DNA from: the human T2T-CHM13v2.0 reference genome, Homo sapiens
Reading direction: 5' to 3' (one strand)
DNA length: 64,000 nt
Assembly (NCBI RefSeq): GCF_009914755.1
Contig: NC_060939.1
Below are positions 48,495 to 64,000 of the stretch, piece after piece. The notes under the pieces are model-generated. The model was not told where the DNA came from and did no database searches. It saw nothing but the letters and a program-made list of their open reading frames with translations. The position numbers and the translations under genes are program-made. Each line of letters opens with the position of its first letter. Within the stretch, counting starts at the first letter, position 1.

Positions 48495-49340
48495 GTTTTA
48501 TTGTGGTAAAGTATATATATATAACAAAATTTACCATTTTATCCATTTTTAGGTGTGCAGTTTAGTGCCATTTGTTCACTCATAATGTTGTACAACCATC
48601 ACCACTATCCATCTTAGAACTTTTTCATCGTCCTGAACAGAAATTCTGAACCCATTGAATAGTAACTGTCCATTCCTTCCTTCCCTAGCCACTGCTAACC
48701 TCTGTTCTACTTTCTATTCCTATAAATTTGCCTATTCTTGGCACTTCCTATAAGTGGAATCTTAAAATAATTATCCTTTTGTGTCTGACTTATTTCACTC
48801 AACATAATATTTTCAAGATTTATCCATGTTGTATCTGACTTTCATTCTTGTTAAAGGTTGAGTAATATCCCATAAAGTGTGTATATATCACATTTTGTTT
48901 ATCCATGCATCTGTTGATGTCCGTTTGAGTTGTTTCCACCTTTTGGCTATTGTGAATCATGCTGCTATGGACATTGGTGCACAAGGATCTATTTGAGTCC
49001 TTACATTCAATTATTTTGGGTACATACCTAGCAATGGAATTGCTGGATATGGTAATTTTACATTAAAATTTTTGAGCAACTGCCAATTGTTTTCCACAGA
49101 AGTGACATCATCTTATATTACCGCCCACAAGATACAAGGGTTCCAATTTCTTCACATCCCCACCAACACTTATTTTCTTATTTTTTTTTTAAATAATGGC
49201 TATCCTAACCGGTATGAAGTGATATCTCATTGTGTTTTTGATTTGCATTTCCCTAATAGCCAGTGATGTTGAACATCTGTCATGTGCATATTGGCCATTT
49301 GTTTATCTTCTTTGGAGAAATTTCTATTCAAGTCCTTTGC
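48495..49340 (-). mobile_element. L1MB-type 3' end
   Basis: TTTATTGTGGTAAA...AAAATTTACCATTTTA...TTGTACAACCATCACCACTATCCAT...TTTGATTTGCATTTCCCTAAT. Confidence 0.85.
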
Positions 49341-49342
49341 CT

Positions 49343-50598
<1,256 letters not shown>

Positions 50599-50667
50599 AC
50601 TATTTTTGAATGACCTGTTTATTATTCTGTGTCTCCTGGATTTCTATGAAGCATCCATTGGCTCTTC

Positions 50668-50884
50668 TACACTTGTGCTGTTCAGTACAGTAGCCACAAG
50701 CCACAGGTGACTATTAAGATTTAAACTTTAGTTAATTAAAATTAAGTAAATTAAAATTTTAGTTCCTTGGTGACATTAGCCACATTTCAGATCATCAGTA
50801 GACACACGTGACAAGTGGCTGCCATATTGGACAGCACAGAATGAACAGTCCTGTCATCACAGAAAGTTCTATTGGACAGCACTG
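50668..50884. mobile_element. MER3-like hAT-Charlie MITE
   Basis: GTGCTGTTCAGTA..GTAGCCAC...GCCATATTGGACAGCACAG...AGAAAGTTCTATTGGACAGCACTG; inverted termini. Confidence 0.75.
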
Positions 50885-51060
50885 TTCTAGCTCTACCTTC
50901 CACAGCTCTTATTTTTTCTCCAGTATTCTGCATCTCTATTTTTATGGTCTTCATTCTGAGAGATGTCCTTGACTTTATTCAGACCTTTAATTGGCATTTA
51001 ATCATGGCCATTGCATTATTGGCTTCTAATATTTAATTTTGAATTTTATTTGGCAATTAG

Positions 51061-51458
<398 letters not shown>

Positions 51459-52401
51459 AGCATATTCTTATTTTGTAGGTGAAGTTTGCTCTTGATTATC
51501 CCCAAGGACACTAATTCACTTTAAAAACTATTTTTAAGGTCTTCTGTTTTCTGAATTAACTCTGTTTCCTCCATAATTAAACATCCTGTTTGTTCATCTT
51601 GGATTTTCTCTTCCATACTGTTGGTTTCCTAAAATGTCTATTGATTCTTAATTGTCCATTTATATTTTATAAATACAAATCTAGGCTGATTCATAACTTA
51701 CATTCATTCTCTTAACAATTGAAACTCCATTTCCACAGCTGACATTTCTCCTTAATTATAAGATTGATGGGAGGCTCTCAGTGTGCCAAGGTCAGTAACA
51801 GTCAGATCAGCTCCCACAATTGCTATAAAAGGAAGGTTTTATTTTAGAGGTGAGTGCTTTATTTCAATCATGGGTGAAGCTGCCTTTCTATTTTTCCCTT
51901 TCTTCCACTTACATTTTGAATTTACAGAATTATCTGGGTCCTGATCTGATTCTCTCATCTCAAGACCTAAGAGTCCCCCAGGCAGATTCTCCAAGTAATC
52001 AGAGAGTGGTAATCATGGCTTTATCCTGCAGTGAAACATTGCAGCCAACTGCTTTATATAGAATGATGACTGGCTCAGTTGCTCCAGGGCAGACCTTTAA
52101 TTTGTGACTCCAAGTTCCACTTCTGCTCCTTGCCTTTGCTGACTCCTGGAAACTCTTTGAGGAAAAAACATCTCTAACTTATATTTCAAATCTCTGCTAC
52201 ATCTATTTCGGATGTGAATTTCTCTGCTGTGATTTCTCCACCAATTAAATACCACCTTCATTAATTAATCGTTGCTTTTATGGACCTCTAGTGCATTAGA
52301 TTGAATTAATCTTCATAGCAATCAATTATCATCAATCTATAATGTTCCTCTCTGATTATTATTACTAATACTATTACTTTATTTATTTTGGTCTTCATGC
52401 A

Positions 52402-52798
52402 TGACAAAGGCAGTCTCTTTTCACCAAAATGTTAGTCAGACTCCCCTGAGTCTTCTGCTTACCTGGCCCGTCCTTGGGCTTTTCTCTCTGTCATTGAAGA
52501 ATCCAGTTTGAGCTAGAATCCTCAAGTCAGTTTAATGAAAATTCACCATCCCTGATATCTGACCACCCTGGCCTATCTTCAGCAAGAATTCTGTTGAGTA
52601 GCCCTGATGTTTCTGCTTAGTAATTTTCAATTCCCTGATCCTCCACCCTGCTCCTTGGTTATAAATTCCTGCGTGTCCTTGTTGGAGTTGGGGTTGGGTC
52701 CAGTCTCTCTCCCCTACTGCAAGACCTCATTGCGGTGGTCCCTATACCTATCACCATGGCATCCTTGACAAGTGTCATGGATCATCTCTTCTTTAACA
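52402..52798 (+). mobile_element. ERV1 solo LTR, MER31-like
   Basis: TGACAAAG...TTTAACA with 4-bp TSD TGCA (52398-52401, 52799-52802). Confidence 0.78.
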
Positions 52799-54031
52799 TG
52801 CACCATCGCAACTCCTGCTCCTCTTCTTAGGATGAATGTATTTTTGCCTCATGTATGTTTGTATTTTTAACTAGTATAAATGGTACTAAAAGCCTTGTTT
52901 TCTTTTTTAGTCAACATTGTGTTTTAAATATACATCCGTGACATCTTATAAATTTCTAATTAATGCTTTAAAATGTACAATCCTACTGTGTGTGCAGAAG
53001 GAAAAAGGCCTGGAGATATTTGGGGAACAGCACTAATAACAACCATTGTTTGTCCTCCTGGTCAACAAATATTCAGTTTGCTTTATTTCCCCTCAGAAAA
53101 AATACACTCCTTCTGTATCTAAGGGAGTTGTCTGAAACATCACATGGAGTCCTCCCCACCTCCTCTCCTCGGGATGCACATGGTTCTTGCTTTGGCCCTG
53201 ATTTCCTGCCCTGGGAGTAGCTACTTTGTCCTTTGTTCTTCTTCTTGTTCCTCTGGCTCTACCTTCTGGAAGATTCTTTCTTCTCCATTATCTGAAGAAA
53301 CCATCAGCCCATTTCCTGCCCACTGGTGGTTGGGTGCCCTAGCCCCTTTAAGACTCAAATTTAAACTTTTTTTCACTCATAATTTCTTTGGCAACACTCC
53401 TAAAATTTAGTAGCCTTCTTATTTATTTGATTCCAGTCAGTTCCATATGGCAGAGCTCATCTATAGTTATTTTCTAGATATATTTCCTGAATTTGCTACA
53501 TTTCTTGTTTCTTCCTTTCCCCAACCCTTCCCCTTCACTTAATTGCAGGTAAGGTGTTAAGCTTATCAGGCTTTGGGGGAAAAGCCACACATTTAGTCTC
53601 TTTTCCCAGAACCATTTTGTCAAATTAAAAGGAATTATTGAATATCTCACCCTTAGTTGACATTCACTTTGAGACATCTTCATCCATTCAAAGGTTTTTA
53701 TCACTGGATGAAACAGCCATAAATTTGATCCTTGTTGAAAGCCTGAAATTTTAATTGGTCTTTGTCCTTCAAAGTCCTGCTCATTTTTCCTTTTACTTGT
53801 TAGGGTTGAGAAGCAGTTATTCACAACTTCCAACTTTGCAAGACTCCAGTTTTCTAGTTCTTCTCAATTTCCTTTCATTGCTACTTGGAAACTTGCCAAT
53901 TATTTTCTGAGCTTATCTCAAATACAGTCAATAAAAACTTATGCTCTCTCCTGTCTTCCTTTTCAGAGCTACCTTCCAAGTTTTTGCAGATCTACCTTCC
54001 AATATTTTGCCACTGCATAACATGAATCACT

Positions 54032-54324
54032 GGCCAGGCACAGTGGCTCATGCCTGTAATCCCAGCAATTTGGGAGGCTGAGGCAGGCAGATCACCTGAG
54101 GTCAGGAGTTTGAGACCAGCCTGGCCAACATGGTGAAAGCCTGTCTCTACTTAAAAATATATATACACAAAAATTAGCCAGGTGTGGTGGCACACGCCTG
54201 TAATCCCAGCTACTCGGGAGGCTGAGGCAGGAGAATTGCACTTGAACCTGGGAGGCGGAGGTTGCAGTGAGCTGAGATCGTGCCACTGCACTCCAGCCTG
54301 GGAGACAGAGCAAGATGCCATAAA
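54032..54324 (+). mobile_element. Alu (S-type)
   Basis: Tail expanded into (AAAG)n; TSD AACATGAATC brackets Alu plus microsatellite. Confidence 0.93.
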
Positions 54325-54512
<188 letters not shown>

Positions 54513-54637
54513 ATGACAAAAACATGAATCGCCATCCTTTCAACAGTTGCTAACAGTTTCCTTGCAACCTGATGGCCAGCTCCTAAGCCTTCAAAGCCAT
54601 ATTTTTGATTATATTACGGCAGGTAGGACTCCACTTC

Positions 54638-55030
54638 TGTATCAACCAGGATAGATGGATTATGCTGTGGTGACAAACAACCTTAAACAACCATAAAATC
54701 ATAATGGCCTAACACCCCAAAGAGTATTTCTTGGTCATTGCAAGTCAGCAGTGGTCTCCTTTCATAGCCACTCAGGGGCCCAGGCCAATGGAGTGGCCAC
54801 CATCTCTAACATTGCTTGTCATCACACCAAAGGGAAAGAAAATGTGGTAAACAGCACATTGGCTTTTAAAGCTTCTACTTAGAAGTGATACTTGTCACTT
54901 AAATTTTATGGACAAAGCAAGTCCTATGGCCACACCTAACTTCAAGGAGGCAGGCAAGTGGAAATATGGCCGCTAATCATAGCCATGTATCCAGGAGGAG
55001 AAGAAGAAATATTTGTGGAATGGTACTATC
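54638..55030 (-). mobile_element. Old MaLR (MLT1J-type) LTR
   Basis: TTATGCTGTGGTGACAAACAACC...ACTCAGGGGCCCAGGC..ATGGAG...GCAAGTCC.ATGGCCACACCTAACTTCAAGG. Confidence 0.7.
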
Positions 55031-55105
55031 TCACATAATTTGCCTATTTTTTATTGTTGTTTCTGTCTTTTGTTGTTGATTGTTAGAGTTCCTTGTAGGA
55101 TCTAG

Positions 55106-55453
<348 letters not shown>

Positions 55454-55931
55454 CCCTCATCAGTTTTAAACATTGAAAATATCTTCTCTCCATCCTTCAT
55501 CTGTTAATTTTGTCCATAGCATCCTTCCTTCACTGTGTAGAAATCCTTTATGTTGGTGTAGATCCATTCACCAATTTTTCCAGATGAAAGTTTTTGCTTT
55601 TGGGGTCTTATTTTAAAAATCCTTTCCCCATCCCAAAGCCACAATATGTAATTATATACTTTCTCCTATTAACTATGTATTTTACTTTCCATATCTAAAT
55701 TTTAATACAGCTAGAGTTCACCTTTTTCTTAAGGTGTGAAGTAGGGATCTTTTCTTTTAATCCATAAAAGGAGCGAATATTCTTAATACCATCAACTATA
55801 AAATTAATAATTTCTCCACTGATTTATGGTTCCATTTTTATATTTCAAATTTATGAAATCTGTTTTTGTCCCACTAGTCTATATGTTTGTTCCAATTCTT
55901 TCTAGTATAGTACTATATTTTTGTAGAATAT

Positions 55932-56690
55932 TGAAACAGGATATTTTCATGACCCCTTCCCAGGCCTTGCGAAAGGGGTGTTTCACTTACTCAGCCCGCA
56001 GTGCTCCACCGCTCGTAGGAAGGGGAGCACATGTGAGCAGGTGCAGGAGCCAGGGTGAGTGCTTTTGGGTGCTGATAGGAGCAAAACTCCATGTGGGCCC
56101 TGTAGCAGTGACTGGGGGTCGTCCCTGCAACCTCTGAAGCCCCAGAAGGAGAGTTACAGTGCCCTTTTAGCTTTGCCATCTGTGGACTGCTTAAGAGTTA
56201 ACAGCTCAGTGGAGGGTCAGTGTGGCAGCCTTTTGCACCCACACTTGAGGCACCCGAGTTCTCGTCTGGCATACAGGAGGAATGACGTTGCACAAATGAA
56301 TTGAATTGAAGGTGGTAAATGCGGGGAATTTTATTGCCAATGAAAGTGGCTCTCAGTGGGTAGGGGAGCTGAAAAGGAGACAAAGTGGGAAGGTAATCTT
56401 CCATTGAAGTCCAGCTGTCCTTGGCTGGACTCCTCTCTGAAGCTACACTGTCAAGCTGTCCCTCTGAAGTCAAGCTGCTTCTCTCTGACTTCCAGCTGTA
56501 GTCTCTGACATTCAACTGCTTCTCCTCTCTCTACTGGCTGAGCCTGGAGTTTTTATGTGCACAGGATGGGGGACAGTGTGGGCCATGGGTGGTTTTTGAA
56601 AAGGCAATATTCAAGCAGGAAAACAGGGATGTAAGTTTTCATTTTGGGCTGCAGGTTCAGGCAGAATTTCTCTGCCTCCTGTCGCTATCA
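55932..56690 (-). mobile_element. ERV1 solo LTR, MER50-like
   Basis: Minus strand begins TGATAGCGACAGGAGGCAGAGAAATTCT and ends TTTCA; 4-bp TSD ATAT (55928-55931, 56691-56694). Confidence 0.82.
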
Positions 56691-56865
56691 ATATCTTTGC
56701 TTTGTAGAGAATCTCTGCTCTTCTTCACAGTTGTCTTAATTATCTGTGAATTTCTATTCTTCCCTATGTATTTCAGAATATTTTAAGTTGCTAAAACCTT
56801 TTGATATAAATTGTACTAAATGTATAGATGATTTTGAAAGACAATTAACGTCTTTGTGATGTTAA

Positions 56866-57462
<597 letters not shown>

Positions 57463-57595
57463 CCAAATGTTCCATTCTCTAACATGACATGTCTTTCCAT
57501 TTTTTCTAGTCTTTATGTATTTTATTAGAGTTTTAAAACTTTTCTTGTATATTCTTTGATAGGCTTATTTATATTGTTAAAATAGATAATTGGGA

Positions 57596-58250
<655 letters not shown>

Positions 58251-59110
58251 TAGTATAGATGGGATTTTTTTTTTTGCTGCTGCGAATGGTATCTCAGTTT
58301 ATATTATATTTTCTACTTGGTAATATCTGATGTAGAGGAATGCTACTTATTTTCAAATATTTTAAAAGATTGCAACTGTGCTTATTTTTTTTAAATGATG
58401 TTCTGTTGAGTTTTCTATGCATATGATCACATCTGTCACCTGAATATAATGACAGCTTTGTCTCTTCTTTTCAAATCTTAAATCTTCATTTCTTATTGTC
58501 TTACTTCAGTGTCCACATTGACTAGGGGTGGGGATATTGTCCATCCTTGCCTCATCTGTAACTTTCAAGGCTTTGTGCCTTCATCAAGCATGGCATTTTT
58601 TATTGAGGTATAAGTTCCATGCAGTGAAATTCATAGATCTTCAGTAAACTCTGTACTCAGTTTGGTGGACACAGAGCATCTTCTTTACCTCAGAAAGTCC
58701 CCAGTGCTCCTTTACAGTTAATCTTTCTGCCCTCCAGAAGCAACCACCACCCTCATTTCTATCATTATTACGTTAGTTTTGCCTTTCTAGAGTTTCATGT
58801 AAATGGAATTACAGCAGAATGTACTTTGATGTGCCTGGTTGTTTTCCATCAGCATAGTATTTTTGAGAACCATCCCTGTTGTTACTTGCATCAGCAGTTT
58901 GTTCCTTTTCATCGCTTAGTAGTATTTCATTGTATGAATACACCACTGTTTGTTCCTTCTCCTTTGGATGAGCATCTGGATTGTTTCTACTTCAGTACTA
59001 TTATGAATAAAGCTGCTATGAACATTATTATACAAAGCTTTTTTGTGGACATATGCTCTTATCTCTCTAGGAATGGAAATGTTGGGTCATAGTGTAGATG
59101 TATATTTAAC

Positions 59111-59432
59111 TTTTTTTCTTTCTTTCTTTTTGTTTTTTTTTTTTTTTTTTTGAGATGGACTCTTGCCATGTTACCAGGCTGGAGAGCAGTGGTGCAGTCT
59201 TGGCTTGCTGCAACCTCTGCCTCCAGGGTTCAAACAATTCTCCTGCCTCGGGTTCCCAAGTAGCTGGAATTACAGGCACATGCCACCATGCCCAGCTAAT
59301 TTTCATGTTTTTAGTACAGAAGGGGTTTCACCACATTGGCCAGGTTGGTCTCGGACTCCTGACCCCAGGTGATCCGCCTGCCTCAGCCTCCCAATGTGCT
59401 GGGATTACAGGCATGGCCACCACGGCCTGGCC
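59111..59432 (-). mobile_element. Alu (S-type)
   Basis: Full antisense Alu. Confidence 0.92.
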
Positions 59433-59456
59433 AACTTTTTAAGAAACCATTAGTTT

Positions 59457-59902
59457 TGATGTAGTGTGGGCAAAGCCTCAAATTGGGGCTTAGCCCAGGA
59501 GGGTTTGAGGCTTCGCCCAGGAAAGAATTCAAGGTTGAGCTGGTGGTATTCGCAACTTTTATTGAAGCAGCAGTGCACAGCAGCGGCAGAGGTACTGCTT
59601 CTTGCAGATCAGGGCTACCCCACAGGCAGTGTGCCCAGAGTAGCAGCTCAGAGGCCGTTCTGTGGTCATATTTAGACCCACTTTTAATTACATGCAAATT
59701 AAGGGGCAGAGTATGCAGAAATTTCTAGAAAAAGGGTGGTAACTTCTGGGTCGTTGGGTAGTTGTCATGGCAATGGTAAGCTGACATGGCACACTGGTGC
59801 GCATGTCTTATGGAAAGCTGCTTCCATTCTCTTTTAGCTACTCCTCAATTTGGGCTGGTGTCTGAGCTCTGCCTTCGGAGTTGAGTCCCACCTCCTACCT
59901 CA
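59457..59902 (-). mobile_element. ERV1 solo LTR, MER66-like
   Basis: Minus strand TGAGGTAGGAGGTGGGACTC...CATCA; 4-bp TSD GTTT (59453-59456, 59903-59906). Confidence 0.78.
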
Positions 59903-61434
59903 GTTTTCCAAAGCAATTATTTCATCTCACACTCCTACCAGCAATGTATGAGAGTTCTAATTGCTCTACATCTTCTCCAGCATTTAGTGTTATAAATCTT
60001 TTTCATTTTAACCATTCTATCAAGTATGTAGTGGTGCCTAATTGTTGTTTTATTTGCATTTCCTTGATGAATAATGATTTTAAGCACTTTTTCCATCTAC
60101 CTATTGGCCATTTGTATATCTTCTTTTATAAAATGTCTGAGTTTTTGCCCATTTAAAAATTGTGGTTTTTTTTTTTAAATTACTGGGTTGCAAGAATTCT
60201 TTATATTTTATGGATGCAAGAATCTTCATTAGATATATGTGTTGTGAATATTTTCTCTTGGCAGCTTTCTTGTTTATTTTCTTGATGGTGGTTTCTGATG
60301 AAGAGAAGTTTTAAATTTTGATGAAGTCTAACTTATTAATCTTTTCTTTTATGATTTATGCTTTCTGGATCCTCCTTAAGAATTAACTGCTTACTCTGAG
60401 ATCACAAAGATATTCTTCTAGCAGTTCTAGTAGCTTCATTATTATTTTAGCTCTTATGTTTAGGTCTGTGATCCATCAAGTTGGATTTTGTGTATAGTGT
60501 GAGACAACGGTTGATGTCCTTTATTTCCTATACGGATATTCAATTCTCTAAGCACCATTGGTTAAGGATATTTTCCTTTCCCCATCGAATTGTTTTGATA
60601 CTTTTATTAAAAATCATTTGATTTTATGTGTATAAGTCTGTTTCTGTGACTCTCTATTTGATTCCAGTAGTTTATTTGACTATCCTTTCACTAATAGCCC
60701 ATTATCTTTATTGCAGTTTTGTTTGTCTGAAAGTATCTTCATTTTGCCCTCATATTTTGAAGGGTATTTTTGCTAGATATAGAATATTTGCAGTTTTTTT
60801 CTTTGAGCATCTTAAAGATGTCATTCAATATCCTTCCAGCTTCTAAAGTTTTTGATGCAAAATCATCAAATCTTACTTTTTCTTCTTTGAAAGTCATGTG
60901 TCTTTATTCTCTAGTTGCTTTTAAGATTTGCCTTTTAGCTTTGGTGTTTGGCTTATTGACAAGGAAGTGCTTAGGTGTGGTTTTCTTTGTAATTATCTTG
61001 CTTGGGTTTGACCCAGCATCTTGAATCTGTACATTGATGTCTTCGATCAGTTTGGGAGGGTTCTTGATCATTAGCTCTTCCACTTTTGCTGCTGTCTTAT
61101 TCTTTCTCTCCTCTGTTTGGGACTCCATTTACACATATATTCAAACTTTTGATTGTTTCTTGTATGTCTGATGTGCTCTGTTATTTCCATCCTTTTTTTC
61201 TCTGTGGGCTTCAGTTTGCATAATTTATATTCAAGCATGAACTTTTGAGTTCACTAATCCTGTCTAATGTTAAATCCATCCAAAGAATTTTTATTTTCAG
61301 ATACTGTATTTTGCAGTTCCAGAAAGTCCATTTGCTATATTTATAGATTACAATTCTCTGACAAAGTTTTCTTTTTAACTATTTTGTTGCATTTTCAATT
61401 ATCATATTTAAACATATTTGTAATAGTTATTTAA

Positions 61435-61838
<404 letters not shown>

Positions 61839-62402
61839 CACGTTTTACCCTTTTCTTATTAGGCAGGTAAGGTAAGAGGCCAATCACAACAATATGATCA
61901 GAGAATAAACTAGATTGAGGTTGAATTGTAGTTCTGCTAGACTCAGTCTCTGGTTTGATGGAGAGCTTGTCAAGTCTACCTCCTCAGACATATCACACGA
62001 CGGAACATTCATTTATGCCTCTTAGAGGTTTGAGCTTGGCTCTTTAGCTTCCCACTTAACACGACTTCAATTTTGGCAAATAGGAGAGCGGGACCAGCTG
62101 TGCGTTTGACACAAGTCCCCCTTCCTCTACAGATTGTTGTCTCCTAATTACTGTGAGGGTGGAAATTTTCACTTTGTTATTCTGTGTCCCTCCCACAGCC
62201 TTCCATGCCCCTCAGGCACTCGGCAAATGTTCCATGGGAAAAGCTGGCCATGCTTCAAGGGCTCTGTTCAATCTGAGACCCTACATCTTTAATTATGAGA
62301 AATAATTGGACATTGTGTCTTAAAATATTTTTCTGGTTATTTCTTTTTCTGAGACTCCTGTTAAATGGATGTAGGCCCTTATACTTTTATCATCCATATA
62401 AC

Positions 62403-63039
<637 letters not shown>

Positions 63040-63161
63040 CAATATTTTTGATTTTGGTGATTGTCTTCTGCCTGATCTTCCAACTCTCTAATTTATTTTT
63101 TGGCTGAATACATTCTGCTATTTACTCCATCTACTGAGTTATTTGTTGTAACGGTTATTAA

Positions 63162-63608
<447 letters not shown>

Positions 63609-64000
63609 CATACTACCCCTTTTGCTAGTCATTCATTTGGTGGTTGTTTTGGCTCTGAGTTCATCTTCCCTTAAAAGTGTCAGCTATCTTGGTGAATAAT
63701 GTATACTCCGTGGGAAGGAGTGAGGTTAAAGACGGGGCTCCAGCTTTGGCTCCTCTAGGCAAAGGTATGAGGGGAGTGCCTCAGGGTGCAGAGCCTCTGG
63801 CAGCTATTCGCCATTTGCCACCTGTCCACAGACAAGCCAGAGTGCCTCACCTTCCAGAGACCCTCTGCCCTAGTCGCTGCTCTTTTCCAAGAGCTGCCTC
63901 ACTCTGCTTTGTCTTTTATCCCAACCAAGGGTAGAAGAGGAAGGAGAGGCTGCTCCATGGCTCCTGGCCAGCCTTCATCTATTGAATCTGTTTTCCACCA

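Overview
This is primate genomic DNA, almost certainly human, and is rich in Alu, L1 and LTR repeats. The only protein-coding sequence I can support is coding exon 1 of NPTN (neuroplastin) on the minus strand, 26385->26295. It encodes the signal peptide [30 protein letters not shown], ends in a phase-1 GTAAG donor, and lies in a CpG-island promoter (~25850-26760); the supplied ORF track missed it. Bases 1-26294 are NPTN intron 1, and no exon 2 is seen. Bases ~26800-64000 are repeat-dense upstream DNA (toward CD276 in the human genome, from recall). That region carries a consensus CTCF site, several solo LTRs with target-site duplications, old L1/L2/MIR/hAT fossils and ~30 Alus. Almost all ORFs in the track are Alu-, L1- or simple-repeat-derived. 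I found no convincing new multi-gene system. The best leads are hypotheses: a frame-preserving 39-nt microexon candidate in intron 1, an open in-frame 5' leader with a strong-context CUG, a possible spliced divergent transcript, and several DNA-repair/templated-insertion scars. Repeat subfamily names come from recalled consensus sequences, and boundaries are approximate unless a TSD is quoted.
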